From Camelus ferus (lineage: Eukaryota), in NCBI RefSeq assembly GCF_009834535.1, contig NC_045697.1:15316001-15380000 (forward strand): a DNA stretch of 64,000 nt. The letters are read 5' to 3'. The notes under the pieces are model-generated. The model had not been told where the DNA came from. It did not search any database and saw only the letters and a list, made by a program, of their open reading frames with translations. The position numbers and the translations under genes are program-made. Position 1 is the first letter of the stretch. Each line of letters begins with the position of its first letter. Positions 24,250 through 38,554 of the stretch are shown here, piece after piece.

Positions 24250-25130
24250 CAGTAGCGCAGCTGCCACACAGGGCTGAGTCCTGTGCTGTGGGAAGATTTG
24301 GGAAGAACTCCTAACTCACTCTTGGGGATTAGAGAAGCTTTCACAGAGGAACTAATGCCAAATCCAAATCCAAAGGGACAAAGAGTTAGCTACCTGAAGA
24401 GGAGGAAAGGACAGGCACACTCCCTGTACAAGAGTCACATATGCAAAACACTAGGAATTGAGAGAGTGAATGGTACAGAGAGCTGCAAATGGCTCCCTGG
24501 GCTGCAGCACCAACAGCCAAGTTCTGGGGCAGGAAAGGGGAACTTTGGCGGTCCTGTGAAGTTCTGAAAACCAAGCTCTAGCTTTAGGCTTTAATCAGAG
24601 ACATTAGAAGCCCACTGAAAGGTTCAATCCGGCGATTAATAGGTTCAGATTCTGGCTTTATCTTCATCACTCTGGCTGCCATGGAGAGAAAGGACTAGAT
24701 CAGGCAACACTGCAAGGAGGGTGATCATTTGCAAGGATCTTGCAGTGACCAAAGTATGAAGGCCTGAGCTAAAATAGAGGCCAGTGGGGATGAGGAAAAG
24801 GCACACAGGAAAGATATTTAGTAGACAGGACATGAAGACTAGAAAATGATAAAGGGGTCATGATGACACCAAGTTTTTGGTTTAGATGCTTGGATGATGG
24901 TATCATTACCTGAACTGGGAAGTCACAGAGTGGAGGCATTTTGGGGAAGGAAAGGGTGTCTTTTGATTTGTGTGTGTTGAGTTTGAGAAGCCTAAAGGGC
25001 TACACCCAAATGAACATATCCACTGTGAATTGGGAATAAGCCTTGAATTCCAGAGAGGGATTGGGTTGAAGAAACAGATCTGTAAATGAAAATCATTTGC
25101 GTATGGAAAAGATTGTCCAGGGAGAATATG
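24250..25130 (-). mobile_element. L2 fragment
   Basis: Purine-rich L2 body motifs (gatgacaccaagtttttgg, gttgagtttgagaagccta). Confidence 0.6.
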
Positions 25131-25134
25131 TGGA

Positions 25135-25350
25135 ATATTAATATTAATAATAGCATTTATTAGCATCTTATTTTATACTGGGGACAATTTTAAAACACTT
25201 CACATAATTTAACAAATTCATATGTCACAACAATCCAACCGGGTAATATTCTTATTACACCCATTTTACAGATGAGAAAATTAAGGCACACAGTTACAAG
25301 GAGTTAAAGCCAGCATTCAAACCTGGGTAATCTGTTTCCAGAACCCTTGC
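25135..25350 (-). mobile_element. MIR SINE
   Basis: cccattttacagatgagaaaattaaggcaca...attcaaacctgg. Confidence 0.75.
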
Positions 25351-27006
25351 CCCTAATCATGAAGTGCAAAATGAGCAAAGATTCTAGTGCAGGACCCTGC
25401 ACAATACAAATAGTGTTGAACTCTGGCTGAATATGGTGAATGGGGTGCAAAAATCCAATCTTGAAAAATGCAGCTTCTTAATGAATGGAAGTTTGTGTCA
25501 CTGTGAGGTAGACAGGGAAATATATATATATATCTCAATCATTATGCACAATCACAAAAAAAAAAAAACAAAAAACCCACACTGCTAAAGACAGACAGTG
25601 GAAATTATATCAACTGATTATACAATAAACTGAAAAAGTCCCAAATAATCACAAGGTGTGGGGTGGGGAGGAGAGAGCATTTTCTAATTCCATCTCCCCC
25701 ACCCTATCACTCCTCCTGTAGATCATCACATTAGTTTGCCCCCGGGACTGGGCACAGAATTGGAGTCAATTTTCAAATGCATTTTATCAGAATTCTGGCC
25801 AGCCCCGTGCCATGGAAACCAAGAAAAGATAATTTTCCAAAGAGGCAGTGGCTACAGTAACAAGAGATACAAGATGTCAAGTCCATGGAGCCCTGAAATA
25901 ATTTATCCATTGTATTTAGGAGCCAGGAGATCATTAGTGACCTTCTTGCAAGGATTAACAAGCAGTTCCTTGTTCCTATATTTAAGATTTGCTCTTTGAA
26001 AATTAACATCATTTTATTTTGCAGACTAAAGTTACACGCAATTGATAGCTCCAGATAATAAGAGCTACCATCTTTGAGCATCTATCACATGTCAAGTTCT
26101 GCAATTGGCACTTTTTATTATGCCTAACTGCCTCCAAGGTAGCAGAGTTCCCTTCCAATTGACAAATGAGGACACCCAGGTTTAGAGCAGTGATTTGAGA
26201 TTACAAGTCTGATCATTGGCAAAGCCAACATGCAGAGGCAGAAATCCGAAGTTCACAAACCTTATTTTCTTGACTACACGGTTCAGTCTCTGTTGAGTTC
26301 CTACGAAGAAAGAGGGTAGGAAAGAGTAAATGGTATCTGCTCATCCGAGTAGCTCCTTTTAATCAATTGTTTCAACTCTGCTGCCTTTACAATTCTGGCT
26401 GGCATTCTAAACCTTAGCAAGTCAAGCATCTTCTGGCTTCTCTTGTGGAGATGTTTTATAATAAGAGGGTCAGAGGCTTTATACGGGATTAGGATAAAGA
26501 AAGAGTACTGATGTCTTCTCCCTATTTTTTCTGGAAAAAGGAAGATGAGATGGATGGTGCGCAGTGCCTCTTGCCTGCAGTTTCCAAGCCAGGGCAGTTA
26601 CTGAAACCCGCCGTTGACAACTGGGCCAGTTCAACAGTCTAAATCCAGCCTCCATTTAAAACTACTCAGAATGGGACAAGCTCATTTATACAGGAAATCA
26701 GGGACTGAGAAAAACCTTCTAAAAGAAGAGTTTTGAAGGTTTTGGCAGGAGGAGTCTGGAGCTTTTTTGGACAACTCAGCTTCTTTCAACCCAGTTCTTG
26801 TGCTTGGAGGGTTAGGCATTTTGATGGCATCTAAAGGGTAAAGGGATTGTAGTGAATAAGAGATAACCCATAACATGGAGTATTCCTTCTTGAATAACAG
26901 AGTTTTTAATACTATTTAGACATTGCAAAGCCATGTTTGGGGAAAAAATGAGTTTCTTTCTAACGCTGAAAGATAAAGATGAAAAACTAGCATTTGCTGT
27001 ACACTT

Positions 27007-27176
27007 TTTTTTAAGTAAGATAAACCCTTTTCTATTCTTTTCTTTTTCTTTTTTTGCAGGGGGAGGTAATTATGTTTATTTATTTAGTTAGTTTTTCGAT
27101 GGAGGTGCTGGGGTTGGAACCGTGGACCTTGTACGTGCTAAGCATACGCTTAACCTCTTGAGCTATACCCTCTCCC
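27007..27176 (-). mobile_element. tRNA-derived camelid SINE (Vic-1-like), inserted into a MIR (~26985-27330)
   Basis: Reverse complement GGGAGAGGGTATAGCTCAAGAGGTTAAGCGTATGCTTAGCACGTACAAGGTCCACGGTTCCAACCCCAGCACCTCC with Pol III A and B boxes and an A-rich tail. Degenerate TSD tgtacactt (26998-27006) / tggacactt (27177-27185). Confidence 0.85.
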
Positions 27177-27529
27177 TGGACACTTCTTATGTGGCAGACA
27201 CTTTTAAAAACATATATTATATGTACCATGAACTATCTCATATAATAGTTATATGAAGAAGGTACTACCAAATGCCCATTTTACAGAAGAAAAGACTGAG
27301 GTAACAGGAGACGAAGTATCTTACCAACGCCACCAGCCCCTCTGGGCAGTTGATAATCTGGAACTACTGGCTGAGGAGCATAAATAAAAATGAGTCCAAA
27401 CAGAAAAGTCTAAAGATCATCAATAAAATACATCAGGGCAAGAATAATCAAAGTGTGAAAGGAGGAGGCTGCTGGGCCTGAAAACTCACCTGCAGGAATA
27501 ACAGAAAAAACTGGACCAACATGGAAACC

Positions 27530-27700
27530 ATCAGTGACTCGAGTTGGATGAGCTGGGTTTTTACATTTGCCAGTTGTATTTGTGTAACTTTCAGTTGATG
27601 TTTAAATTTGTTTACTGTTTTCTCATCTATAAGATGGGAAGAGCATGTCTTCTCCACAGTGAAGTGAGATTTAAATGTGATGGTGTGTGAAAAAGACCCT
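27530..27700 (+). mobile_element. MIR SINE
   Basis: gtttttctcatctataagatggg...gtgagatttaaatgtga. Confidence 0.55.
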
Positions 27701-30700
27701 AGTAATCTGCATATTTTTATACGTTAGATCTTCAAACAACTTAGAATGATCCATCTGTCCAATGAATTAAAAGCCCAGGGGGCCTAACAATAAGTGTCAT
27801 CTGAAGAGTAGTGTTAATGAGACAATTTGGGATGCTAGGTGAGCAGGAGAACATTACTTTTTTAATTGATAGAAATTGAGCTAATGGCATGTCATCATGG
27901 ATCAATAACTAAGCAGATGGTAAAAGTAAAACATAATCATTGCTTTCGGTAACTAACCCAAATGCCAAAGATTTAGAGTGTTGGAAATGAGTACAAACCA
28001 TGCTTGGGATTAAAGGTCATTTTCCAATAATGAACAGCAGTGTACAAAATTACAAGAGAGCCCAAAGCATGATGTGAGCCTTCGAACAGGAACAGGCGCA
28101 CAGTTCCTCATGGCCCAGAATAAAGTTAAGAGAGATGCACCCTTCCTTTTGCCTCACTCCTTTCTCTCTCTCAAAGCTCTTTGTTCCTCTTTTACCCAGG
28201 ATTTATCATAAATTGTAAGTACACAATTTGCATGTGTTTAATCGTTTGGCGACCATGTCCGAACACACACACAACCATAGTCTCCAGCAGGACTGAGAAT
28301 CACATTAGTATCTAATGCCAGATTCTGTGCCAAGGACAAAATAGACACTCAACAAAAAAATCTTTTGAGTAAAAGGATGAATGGTTTGTTGTTGGTTCTG
28401 GGTTATTCTTTCTGCTACACCTCAAGGCACAGTGCACAGTCAAAAACACCTCACTGGTTTCACAGGGTGAACGCACTACGCTTTGGAAGCCCCCTTGGAG
28501 CATGACTGAGGCTGATCTGCATACCACCTGTGGATGTAGCAGGGAAGGCAGGTGTTCAGTTCTGACCTCCCGAAGCTACTGAGGGAGGAGAAAGAAAAAT
28601 TAACAGAGATGTTCAAACCCCAGTGCCCCCACTGAGGCCTGCTCAGTTCAACCCGTACGTGCAGGTGACCCTCCGCAACACCCTGACCACTAAGTTTCAG
28701 GGTTCCCTTTGGTCTTACTGGTAGACACTTCAGACTATCCTGTTTTAGCAGCCATTGATGCCCACTGCCTCTCCTGAGGTGGCTGCCCAGTTGGTTTAGA
28801 TGCATGTGGTAAACATTCTCACTCATAAGCCCAGGTGGATGAAGGGCAAAGATCCTGGGTGAAGTTCAGAAGGTGAATCTGCCCTTGAACTCAAGAGTGA
28901 TGCTCCCAGCATCTGTCCTCTTCATTCCTCTGATACAAGCCTATGCAGCAAAACTTTCAGACCACCTTCCAGGACCCTCATAACTCAGATGCTCCCTCTA
29001 TAATCCTTCCTCCAGGTTCCTGCCCAGAATATACCTTATATCCCTGCCCTCACTGTCTTCTTGTCTCCAACATTGAAACTTGATGGACAATCAGAAAAGT
29101 TTTGATCACATCTGACCCAAATGATCAGCAGTGGGAAAATCGGATCCCTGTTCCTCAAGAGAAGAAAAGATTTTGTCTTCAGAAGCACAATTATGTTCTC
29201 AGCATTCTCTGAAATTAGATGATAGTGAAAATGTGTTATCTACCAGGGAAGGTCACGCCCCGTCCTCATCCCAATAGACCAAATGACTCTTACAATGCAC
29301 TCAAAAAAAAAAAAAAAAAAAAAAGGCTAGCTGCAAATTCCACTGTGCTTCCCATATATTCATTTACCTCTCAGATAAGACAACAATCCCCTGAACTATC
29401 ACCAAAAGGTATAAAAGATCAGATTACCTTCAGGGCTAAATGCAAATCAGTATTTCTTGGGGAGCAGGCTCAGAACCCTTGGAAAAAGAGAACAATTAAC
29501 ACTCACACTATGATTTACCAAATCTTACTACTTGCCTGGTGTTTTGTATCAATCCATCCTAAAAACTCTCAGGAGCATGCCAAAAGCTAACTCAAGGCCC
29601 AGCTGCCCATGTCCCGTTAGATCTGATTATGTGGCTTTTCTAACACTGTTTTGGGGATCCGAACCGATGGCTTCGTTTCCTGAGACACAAACTTGCTTCA
29701 CTCTAGCTTTTCTCCCTTCTTCAGTTCTGCACTGAGGTTCTACTGGTTCTGCGTGAAGGTCCTGAACTTACTGTGGATAAGTGCATCTGAGTTGTAACAA
29801 CTAGCTTTAAAGTCTAGGAAAATATCACAAAAAAAAAAAAAAAAAAAAAGGTTAACAGAGTTATCAATCGGGTGATAAAATTCAAGATGTCAAGGTCAAC
29901 CTGGAACTTCAAAATAGCAGCATGAAGCCTTTGTAATGTTTTACTCCTGGTTCTTCTTAAAAACAAATCAATCCCATTGTTTTATATATGTGTGCATACT
30001 ACAGATATATGTACATATATAATATTATAATTAAAGGAGTTGCCTTCATTTACATTCATTTGCTCTGATACCTCTAATATATTTACTTTTAATTTCCCTC
30101 ATAATACTGTTTTCCTCCCTGGAAGCATAGTTATTTGTAATTAAGAAAATGTAATAAGAAATTTTATAGTTCAGTAAGTAGAACTGTAAATGCCAAGAAA
30201 AGCAACTAGGAACTAAGAGTTTGGACATTAGCCCCGGAGGCTAATCGTACCTCGCCTTATGTCACCTCATATCCATTTAGCAAGAGCTTTTTTGGGCCTG
30301 GTGATGAGAACAGAGGGAGAGCACTGCTACAGAAATGATACTCTTAATTTCCCCACATGTGGCAGTCATTTCACAATGAATAGCAGGAACAGAGGCTCCA
30401 TTTGAAACTTTGTTTCCAATAAAGTTAGCCGACAGAGGCTGAGGAAGGTGCGCCCGCCTGCCACGTGCCGCCTGGGAGGAAAATAGGGCAACAGGAACTG
30501 GAATGGCAAAGACGAACCTCAGATCCTGACACTTCCATCAGAATCATCTTGAGCTAAATCCTCCCTCATTATGTCAAGGAACACACACTCTCTAGGCATT
30601 CTGGTCGGCAGCCTCTCCGCCCACTATCCAGATTCTCTTTTTTGAAGACGTGTTTAGGTGTTGGAGAGAATCACATGATTTTCTCCAGAACTCACCCCCA

Positions 30701-31704
30701 GCCAAATCTAGTTATTTTCAATCATTTACCAACAGCAGACATCACAAAAAACTTGCCGAGTGCTTGACGTCTGAGCTGACTGGTCCCTCCCACCCTTCCC
30801 CTTCCCCGCTCTGCTGATGTGACCTGAGAAGGGGATGCTGAGCACCAGCTCAGGGCGACACACTAGAGCTATGGCATCTGGGTTCTGGGGAGGCAGGGTA
30901 AGAAGTCAGAAGTAGCATCCTCCGGTCTTGGGGTAGGTTTGAGATATTCAGAAGCTGCACAGAGCTCCTCAGTGCTCCTTTAAAAGTCAGTCTGTGGGTG
31001 GTGGTATTTGGGGATCCTTCCCACCGACCAGCCTACAGAGGCATGAGAGACAGAAGAGAAGTAACAGCCTTGCCCAGAGAGCAGATGCTGATGTATTTCT
31101 CTCCTCCCGCTCCCCCTGGCACTCTGCATAAATTAAGTCCTCGATAAGTTTTTGCTTTAAAAAAAACAAAGGCATTTTCAATAATCTAAATAGCTTTTCC
31201 TTCATCACTTGATTCTTTACGTGACAACGGAATTGATACCTTATTCTCTTGCAGGGTCAGAAAGGCATCAAGTTCAATCAATTCCTTTTAGGGAACAGCA
31301 AAAGTGCAGAGCAGCTTCACCACGACTGCCCCGTTAGCTCCAGGTGCAGCCAAGTCTAGGGGACTATGGCACTTGACCCCCTCGCTTCCTCAAGGTCTGT
31401 TCCCTGTTCCTTTGTCCCTGACTTATCCTAGTTCACCGGCCTTCTTTCCACCCTCAGGACCTTCCATACAATATTCCCTCTGCCAGGAATGTTCTGCACC
31501 TTACTTCGAAGTTGTCCCTTCCCATCCTTCAAGTTTCACTGCAAGTACCACTTCCTCAGAAAGTTCCTGACTTCCCAGGATAAAGGACACATCCCATCCT
31601 CCCATTTCTCTCCCTCTAAGTAAGTTCCTTTCTTTTCCAGTGTTTAGCACAAACATTAAATCCATATTTTATGACTATTTATCTGTTTAATATCTACTTC
31701 CCAA

Positions 31705-31705
<1 letters not shown>

Positions 31706-31736
<31 letters not shown>
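31706..31736. repeat. (AC)15 microsatellite inside an L2 fragment (~31390-31835)
   Basis: Read directly from the sequence; flanks are L2-like. Confidence 0.9.
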
Positions 31737-31739
<3 letters not shown>

Positions 31740-32576
31740 AACAGTAGTCTCCTGGAGGACCTTTTTTCCACCAGTAGATAACCATTTCCAGGCTGAGGAC
31801 CTAGCACAAAATCACTGCTCAGTAAAAATGTTTTAACTAAAAAGATTTGTGTCTGGTGGTGTCCTTTCTTCTACACCAGAATGCACAGCTGTCTCACTTT
31901 AATAAAAAGATAACTGATGACGCAGTCAGCTCGTGTGCTGACTTTGCTGGATCGTTTTGGCATCATACAGGGGGCAGGTTAGCCTGAAGACTCCACTTCT
32001 AAATACAACAACTGAACAACTGATCATCAAAGGAGGAAATCAGACAGCATCACGATGCCACTGCACTGCATCTGCTACCTTAGGATCATGCCTTCTCCAT
32101 CGAGGGTAAAAAAGGGAGCAAGAGTATTGAATAATGAACATTTGAATACACGCCCCAGAAAACAGCAGGAGACCAAACCTTGGAATTAGGAACTATGACA
32201 AGTGTATAGTTCAGATCACACCTCAAAAAGAAATAATGATCTATTTTGGGTACATTTAATGAGGCAACTTAAAATTTTCCACTCTCAATAGTTTCCTCTC
32301 GCTTGTGGATTATCATCTCATTCATCATGAAAGCCCTTCAAGGATCCCCTAGTGCCTTCAGGATAAAGCCCACTTTCCTCTGAGGGATGTTTGTGGCCTC
32401 CCACAATCTGTCCTCTTCCCTTCCCTTTGGAGTCACATCCTGACACTCATCCACTGGCCCTGTGGAAGTAACATGGGTCCCACCAGCCACAGTCTCTCAC
32501 AACCCCACACCCTTGTATGTGTCTTCTCCAAGTCGTGAGGACCAGTGCCCACCCTGACCACTTGTTCACTTAGTTC

Positions 32577-33097
32577 TGCATTCGTTTTCTACTGCTGCTG
32601 TAAAAAGTTACCACAAACTAATGGCTTAAACCAACACAAATATATTATCTTACAGTTCGGGGGTGGGGGTGGGGGGGTCAGAAGCCTGAAATGCGTTTCA
32701 CTGAGCTAAAGTCAATGTGTCAGCAAAGCTGCCATCCTTTCTGAAGGGTCTAGGGAAGAATCTATTCTCTTGCCTTTTCAAGCTTCTAGAGACCACATGC
32801 TTTCCTTGGCTTGTGGCCTCCGTCCATTCAAAACCAAGAATGCCCAGCTGAATCTCACATTGAATCACCCTGACACTGACTCTTCTCCCTCCTTCTTGCA
32901 CATTTAAGGATCCTTGTGATCACACTGGGCCCACCCAGGTAATCCAGCATAATTTCCCTATTTCAGTGTCAGCTAATTGACGACCTTAATTCCATCTGCA
33001 ACCTTAATTCTCCTTTGCTATAAAAAGTAATATATTTACAAGTTACTGGGATTAAGACACGGGCACCTTTGGGAGGGCCAGGATCCTGCCTACCGCA
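32577..33097 (-). mobile_element. MaLR LTR (MLT1D-like), apparently full length
   Basis: tgcattcgttttctactgctgctgtaaaaagttaccacaaact...gggcccacccaggtaatccag...ccttaattccatctgcaaccttaattc...ctgcctaccgca, with TG...CA ends. Confidence 0.88.
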
Positions 33098-34929
33098 AAT
33101 TTCAAGGGCACCTGACCTTCTGTGCCCTATCTGATGGCATTGCCCTGTGAGTGACAGAGCTGGACGCTCCTCATCTCATCTTTCAGCTCCAGTGTATTCT
33201 GATACAATATGGTGTCTCATTTTGCATTAAAATCTCTGATTTATATGTACATCTTCTTCATGAGACTATTTCAGGATTGGATCCTAAATAAAACTGGAGC
33301 TCGTAAGTGAGCCAGGTCCTGTGCTGTGTACTTTGCACCATTTGGTTTTTACAGCGGTATGATGAGATAGAAATTTCATTCAGCAAAAAGATGCAAACAC
33401 TCAATGCTACAGTGGTTAAGTTCAACACTGTCAGGCACCTCCTGCAAGTCAGAACTGACACTTGAACCCATGTCTCTCTGGTTCCCATGTGGTCCGTTTA
33501 CTGCCAAACTACACTGTCTCAACTTGAGGTCCCCTATGGCTCACATCCAGGGCCTAGCATTCAACAGATTCTCATTTAAGAGTCACTAAATTTGGGGTTT
33601 GTTAAATAATTTCTTTCCCCATTGCTATCTCACTCTCCATCATGATGACTAAATTAAGCCCTTCATTGCGTTTCATTTCTTTATTCTACACCTCAACCCA
33701 GACAGGAATTTTACTAAAGTTGAATTCTCTTCTCAATTGACAGAATGACTATACTTTGTTTTAATTTTTTAACTGACACAGATCATCACTATGCAAAGAC
33801 AATGAAAGTTATTTAATAGTTAAATTGTATCTTTTCTTGAAATGACAGTGCCCCCAAGCTTATTATCCACCCTTATGAATAAAAGTTTTAAATCAGTAGC
33901 TCCCAGCACCAAGATTTTAGCAGGTCTAAAGTGGGGCTGAGCATCTGAGCATCTGTGTGTGTGAACAGCTGGGATTGGAAATCAGGATTTTAAAGGATAT
34001 CGCAGAATAGTCTTTAGTCTGCATTGCCTTACTATGTGGTCCTCATGAAATATTTCTCTGCACATTGTGGATATTTAAGAATGCTTGATAATAAATGAGT
34101 CAAGCACTATAACTTAACTGATAACATTAAATGTTGTAGGTAAAACTGTATACAAAGGACTTAACTGTGATAAGGAAATTCTTGTATTTGTCATGAGAAT
34201 TTGTCTGGTTTATTACAAGCTATGCCTTTTCATTAATGAAATGTCCCATTTTACTCTAACATCTTTTCCTTCAAAATAACACAGGAAAGCAAATAAATCA
34301 ACATTTCTTTGGTTCCTAATGTGCGTAGTTTCTCTTTTTTTGGTTCACATAGAAAATCATCTTTCCTAAAGACTGGGCTCAAAAATAAATCTCTTTACCA
34401 ACACATAGGCTGACCCACCTGTCTCCTCTCTGAAAAAATACATAAAGTCTATTACTTTCTAAGTGCACTGAAAAGTAGAAAGCTTTTTTCCCCTTTTTTT
34501 CTGGTTGTTTGAGGTGACATCTGTGACCTACAACCAACATTTTGTAACAATCATCTATGACACAGCACACTCAAATAGGGGCTGCTCCTGTGTGGGCACT
34601 AACCAAGAGAAGCACCATTTACCTGTCCTGTGTGCCGTGGAGCCAGGAAAACATATGCTTCTATGACCACAGAGGTGGAGAAAAGCAGGCATGGCAAAAC
34701 ATGTACTGTCCTTAACACTTCTTTCTGGAATTTATATATGTCCGTCCTGCTCAAATCTCATTGGTCCAAGCAAGTCACATGGCAACAGAGGTAGTGCAGA
34801 CACGAGCAGAGGAAAGGGCTCCAAGTAGAGAGAAGAGTGCCTGCAAAGTCTCAGAAGCCAGAGAGAAAACGGCTTGTTCTGGCTAGTGGTGTTGGTTCGG
34901 TAAGGGTCTGAGCACCAAGGAGCAGGGAT

Positions 34930-36250
34930 GAGGAAGATAATGACAAGAGATGACACGAGTAACCAGAGGACACATAAAACTTTTTGATTTTATCTTGAAA
35001 GCAATGAAGAATCAGTTAAAGATTTAAATTTGAAAGTGGCATGATCCAATTTGCATTGCAGTGTGATAACTCTGGCTATGGCATGGGGACTTTATTTTGT
35101 GCATTTTAGGTTGCCAGGAGAACATCCAAGTGGCGATATCTAGGAAATAGTTGTATACACAGAACTGGAAGGAATCAGCAGCATATAGACTTTAGACGTT
35201 TCAAATGTGTAACCTTGGATTGCCTGTGGCCCTTCAACTGATGTATTTGCCAATGGCAAATGCAATGGCAGGAAAGAAGTTGAATTTGAAGGTCTTCTGA
35301 TGGGACATACGCTCTTCAGTTGACCCTAATCCCCACTGTTACTTTTTCACACATTTTCTTAGCTAACTGGCTCCTGAAGGCATTTGAGTTTGACATCTGA
35401 TGTAGTTAGTGTTGCCAAATAAAACACATGACATCCAATTAAATTTGGATTTCAGGTAAGCAACAAATCAGTTTTTCAGTATGTCATATATTTATTTGTT
35501 AACTCTACCAACACTGGATATAGCTGATGATTTAAGTCATGGCAATGGCTGGCATTAGCAAGGATGGGGTACAGAGTAAGAAGTGAAGCAGGTTCTAGAC
35601 AGTGCCTGGCACACAGGAGAGAGTCAATATTTACCGTTAATGAATAAGGGCCAAGGGCAAAAGCAGAGAAATATCAACAACTAAGGAGATTTTAAGAGAA
35701 AGGAGAAAAAGAACAGAAGTGCTCAGAAGAGGTCAATGATGTCACATGCTGCAAGGATATCAAACAAGGTAGAAACTGAAAATTTTTCCACTGGATTTGT
35801 GACAAGGACATCACCAGTGTCCTTGGAAAGAATATTTTAATAGAGCAGCTGGGTAAAATATTTGCCTTCAAGAGGAGAAGATGGAGAGAAAGTAAAGACA
35901 GAATATATAACTATTCAAAGAATCTTGGCTATGTTGGCAATGAACAAAGGAGTTGCAGCTGAAATAGACATGGAGTCCAGAAAACTTTGCCTTTTTTTCC
36001 GTGGGTGAGATTTAATCACTTTAACTGTTGATGAGAAGAAACAAGTAGAGAAGAAGTTAAAGATACATAAAAGAGAAGGAATAATCGAGATCAAGATAAA
36101 ATCCGTAACCCAGTTATAGAGATTTGTCCTCAGAAAGACACCACAATTGTAGCAGGAAGAATGAGAACCTGAAGGGTGTCCATGCACTGAGTCTTGGTAG
36201 CAGGCGTTTGAGGGGATTTCTAAATGAAGGCTTCTACTTTTTTTCCTGAG
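34930..36250 (-). mobile_element. Degenerate L2 region interrupted by short DNA-transposon-like fragments (~35180-35520)
   Basis: L2-like purine-rich motifs, plus a gtgttgccaaataaaac...aaatttggatttcag segment resembling MER53-like elements. Confidence 0.45.
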
Positions 36251-38001
36251 AAGTAAGAGTGAGCTCTTCTATTGACCTCAAATATGGCAAGAGCTAGGGG
36301 ACAGGTAGTGGTAAGAAAAAAGGGTTCCAATAATCTTGGAGAAGGTTTAAATTGCCATGTGAATCTCAAGAGAGCTGAATTACGAAACTGAAAAATACCA
36401 AGTAGAACTGAATATTCTGTTGGATTGAAAACTACACTCAATGCCAGAGTGTCTCTCAAGGTCCTGACTATCTGCAGGGCTCCTGGTCTCCCTTTCCATG
36501 AGGACATAAGTCTTTTCCTAGGATCTTGCTTCAACATGAAGGGAATCTGGAGCCATATTCTACACTCATGCAATAACTCTAGGATATTGAATAACCAAGT
36601 AGTGCTGTGAAATGATGGAAACTATAGTCCCAGGGAAGGGAATAAAATCAGGGACAGCTGTGAATCGTGAACCTTTCCCATCTAGATTCATCTCTTCACA
36701 TCATTTCAAGATGATGCATTTGCGTGTGATCAGTTCTTAAAATATTTTCTATTTCTGAGTCTTTCTACAACATTTAATAAAATATTTTGGCATTGTTAAT
36801 TTGAAGAGAAATTTACTGCTTAATAACCCAACCTAAAATTTCACATTTCATATTTTTAGATGACACTTACTGCATTCATTTACTCATTTTAACAGTTCAC
36901 CTTTGAATGAATGCATTTATATGCCAAGTGCTCATATTGATAATATAAACTTATCTTTCTGAGTACCTGCTCTCAGAAAATTTGAACAAATGCAATTATT
37001 TTAAATTTAATCTACATTTCAGGAAAAACTAGTACATAAAATGTGACTTAAAAATCCAATGCAAAAGTTAAAATATAAAAGTTAAATGAATTAGTTAATG
37101 GATAGTCCCCTTATAAAGGATTCACCATAGGTACCTTTAGACATGCTATCCTGGAGTATTTGAAACATAATTTGATTTAAAGACCCGCAGTGTATCTACA
37201 CCTCTTTAGGAAGACATCCATTACATTGAGCGACGGGTATCTGTCTCTGCCAAGTCAGCCCAGTGATTCATATATATATTTCTGTGCATTTATTATAAAC
37301 TACTTCTGTCACCCTCCCTTCAAGGGCACTGGTAAGTTCAAGGGGAAATTTTGTGAGAGCTTAACTGGAGAGCATCTCAACATTAGTTAACTCTCTCTCC
37401 CATTCAATTATTCCCTTGTTCTTCTCTTATTTATTTGATCAAAAACTGCCCTGGGGACATGTTTTATTTGCTGCTTACACTGTGCCTGGGGTAGTGATAC
37501 CAACCAACAAAGAATTATTGACAAAGTAATTAACTAGTTCATGAGTGTAGAAACTTTGTCTCTCTTGTTCAACATTTTGTCTTATTTATATTTTACAAAC
37601 ACAGAGTGCTTATCATGCTCCCAGTACTGCTCTGAAGTAATTACAATATGAATTCATTCAACGCCAAAAGCAACCCTACAAAGTAGGTGCAATTTTAATT
37701 TTACAAGTGAGGAAATTGTAGACTGAGGCCACAGAGCCACAGAACAAAAACATTTAGATCTGAACCCAGACGGTCTGGCTTCAAATCTTGTACCTGTAAC
37801 CAGTGCTGGGCCGTGCCTCACACTGTGATGTCACCATCGAACTCTCAGCACCAAGCACAGTGCCCACATGTTGTAGATGCCGTATGTGTGTGTGTTTAAA
37901 TAAATGATAGAGGAAAATCAATAGGCTGTATTTCCATGCTTTTATCACTAAACTACCATTTCTCAAAGATCATCTCACCTGTGAAGCAATAAACTAGCTT
38001 C

Positions 38002-38554
38002 TGTTCCGAAATGGTTTCCCTGATCCTAAAGCTGTTTGCTGATTCACTCTGACTTGGAATTCTTGCAACTTGTTTTTTTGTTTGTTTTTTTTTTTTCCTG
38101 ACAAACCCCCATCTCTGTTTAACTTGCTCAACTGCTTTTGTGCTAAACAGCCCCTAACCTTCCCATTACACTCATTCTCACTACCCCCCACCCCCAGCCT
38201 CCTTTGTTCTAGGAGGAAGGTCATATTCTAATAACCATCTGAGCTCGGGAAACCCACAGACCTGTCACAAGATTAGCACAATGCCAGACACAATTGTATC
38301 TGAGTGGGACTTGGCAACAGGAAGACTCTAAGACCCACACACCCTGATCCTTACACCTGCTCCGCACCCCAGACCCTTCCCATAAAACTTCCCCGTACCC
38401 CAACCCTGGTGGACACACTGTTTTAAAGGCTCTAGCCTACTGTGGTCCCCTTTGTCTGACGAAGCAGGAAAGCTGTTTCCTTTCTACTTCACTCAAAACT
38501 CTGTCTCTGAGACTCAGTTTGAACCAGTGCACAGAGGCCAACATTTTGGCACCA
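38002..38554 (+). mobile_element. ERV1-class solo LTR
   Basis: TGTT start, TATA-like cataaaa (~38381), R/U5-like aaagctgtttcctttctacttcactcaaaactctgtctctgagac...gcacagaggcc..ttttggcacca end. Confidence 0.75.

Noticed and set aside
27090..27176. tRNA-like sequences (also 48020-48098) as tRNA genes
   Set aside because: A-rich tails, TSDs and degenerate stems identify them as SINE heads.
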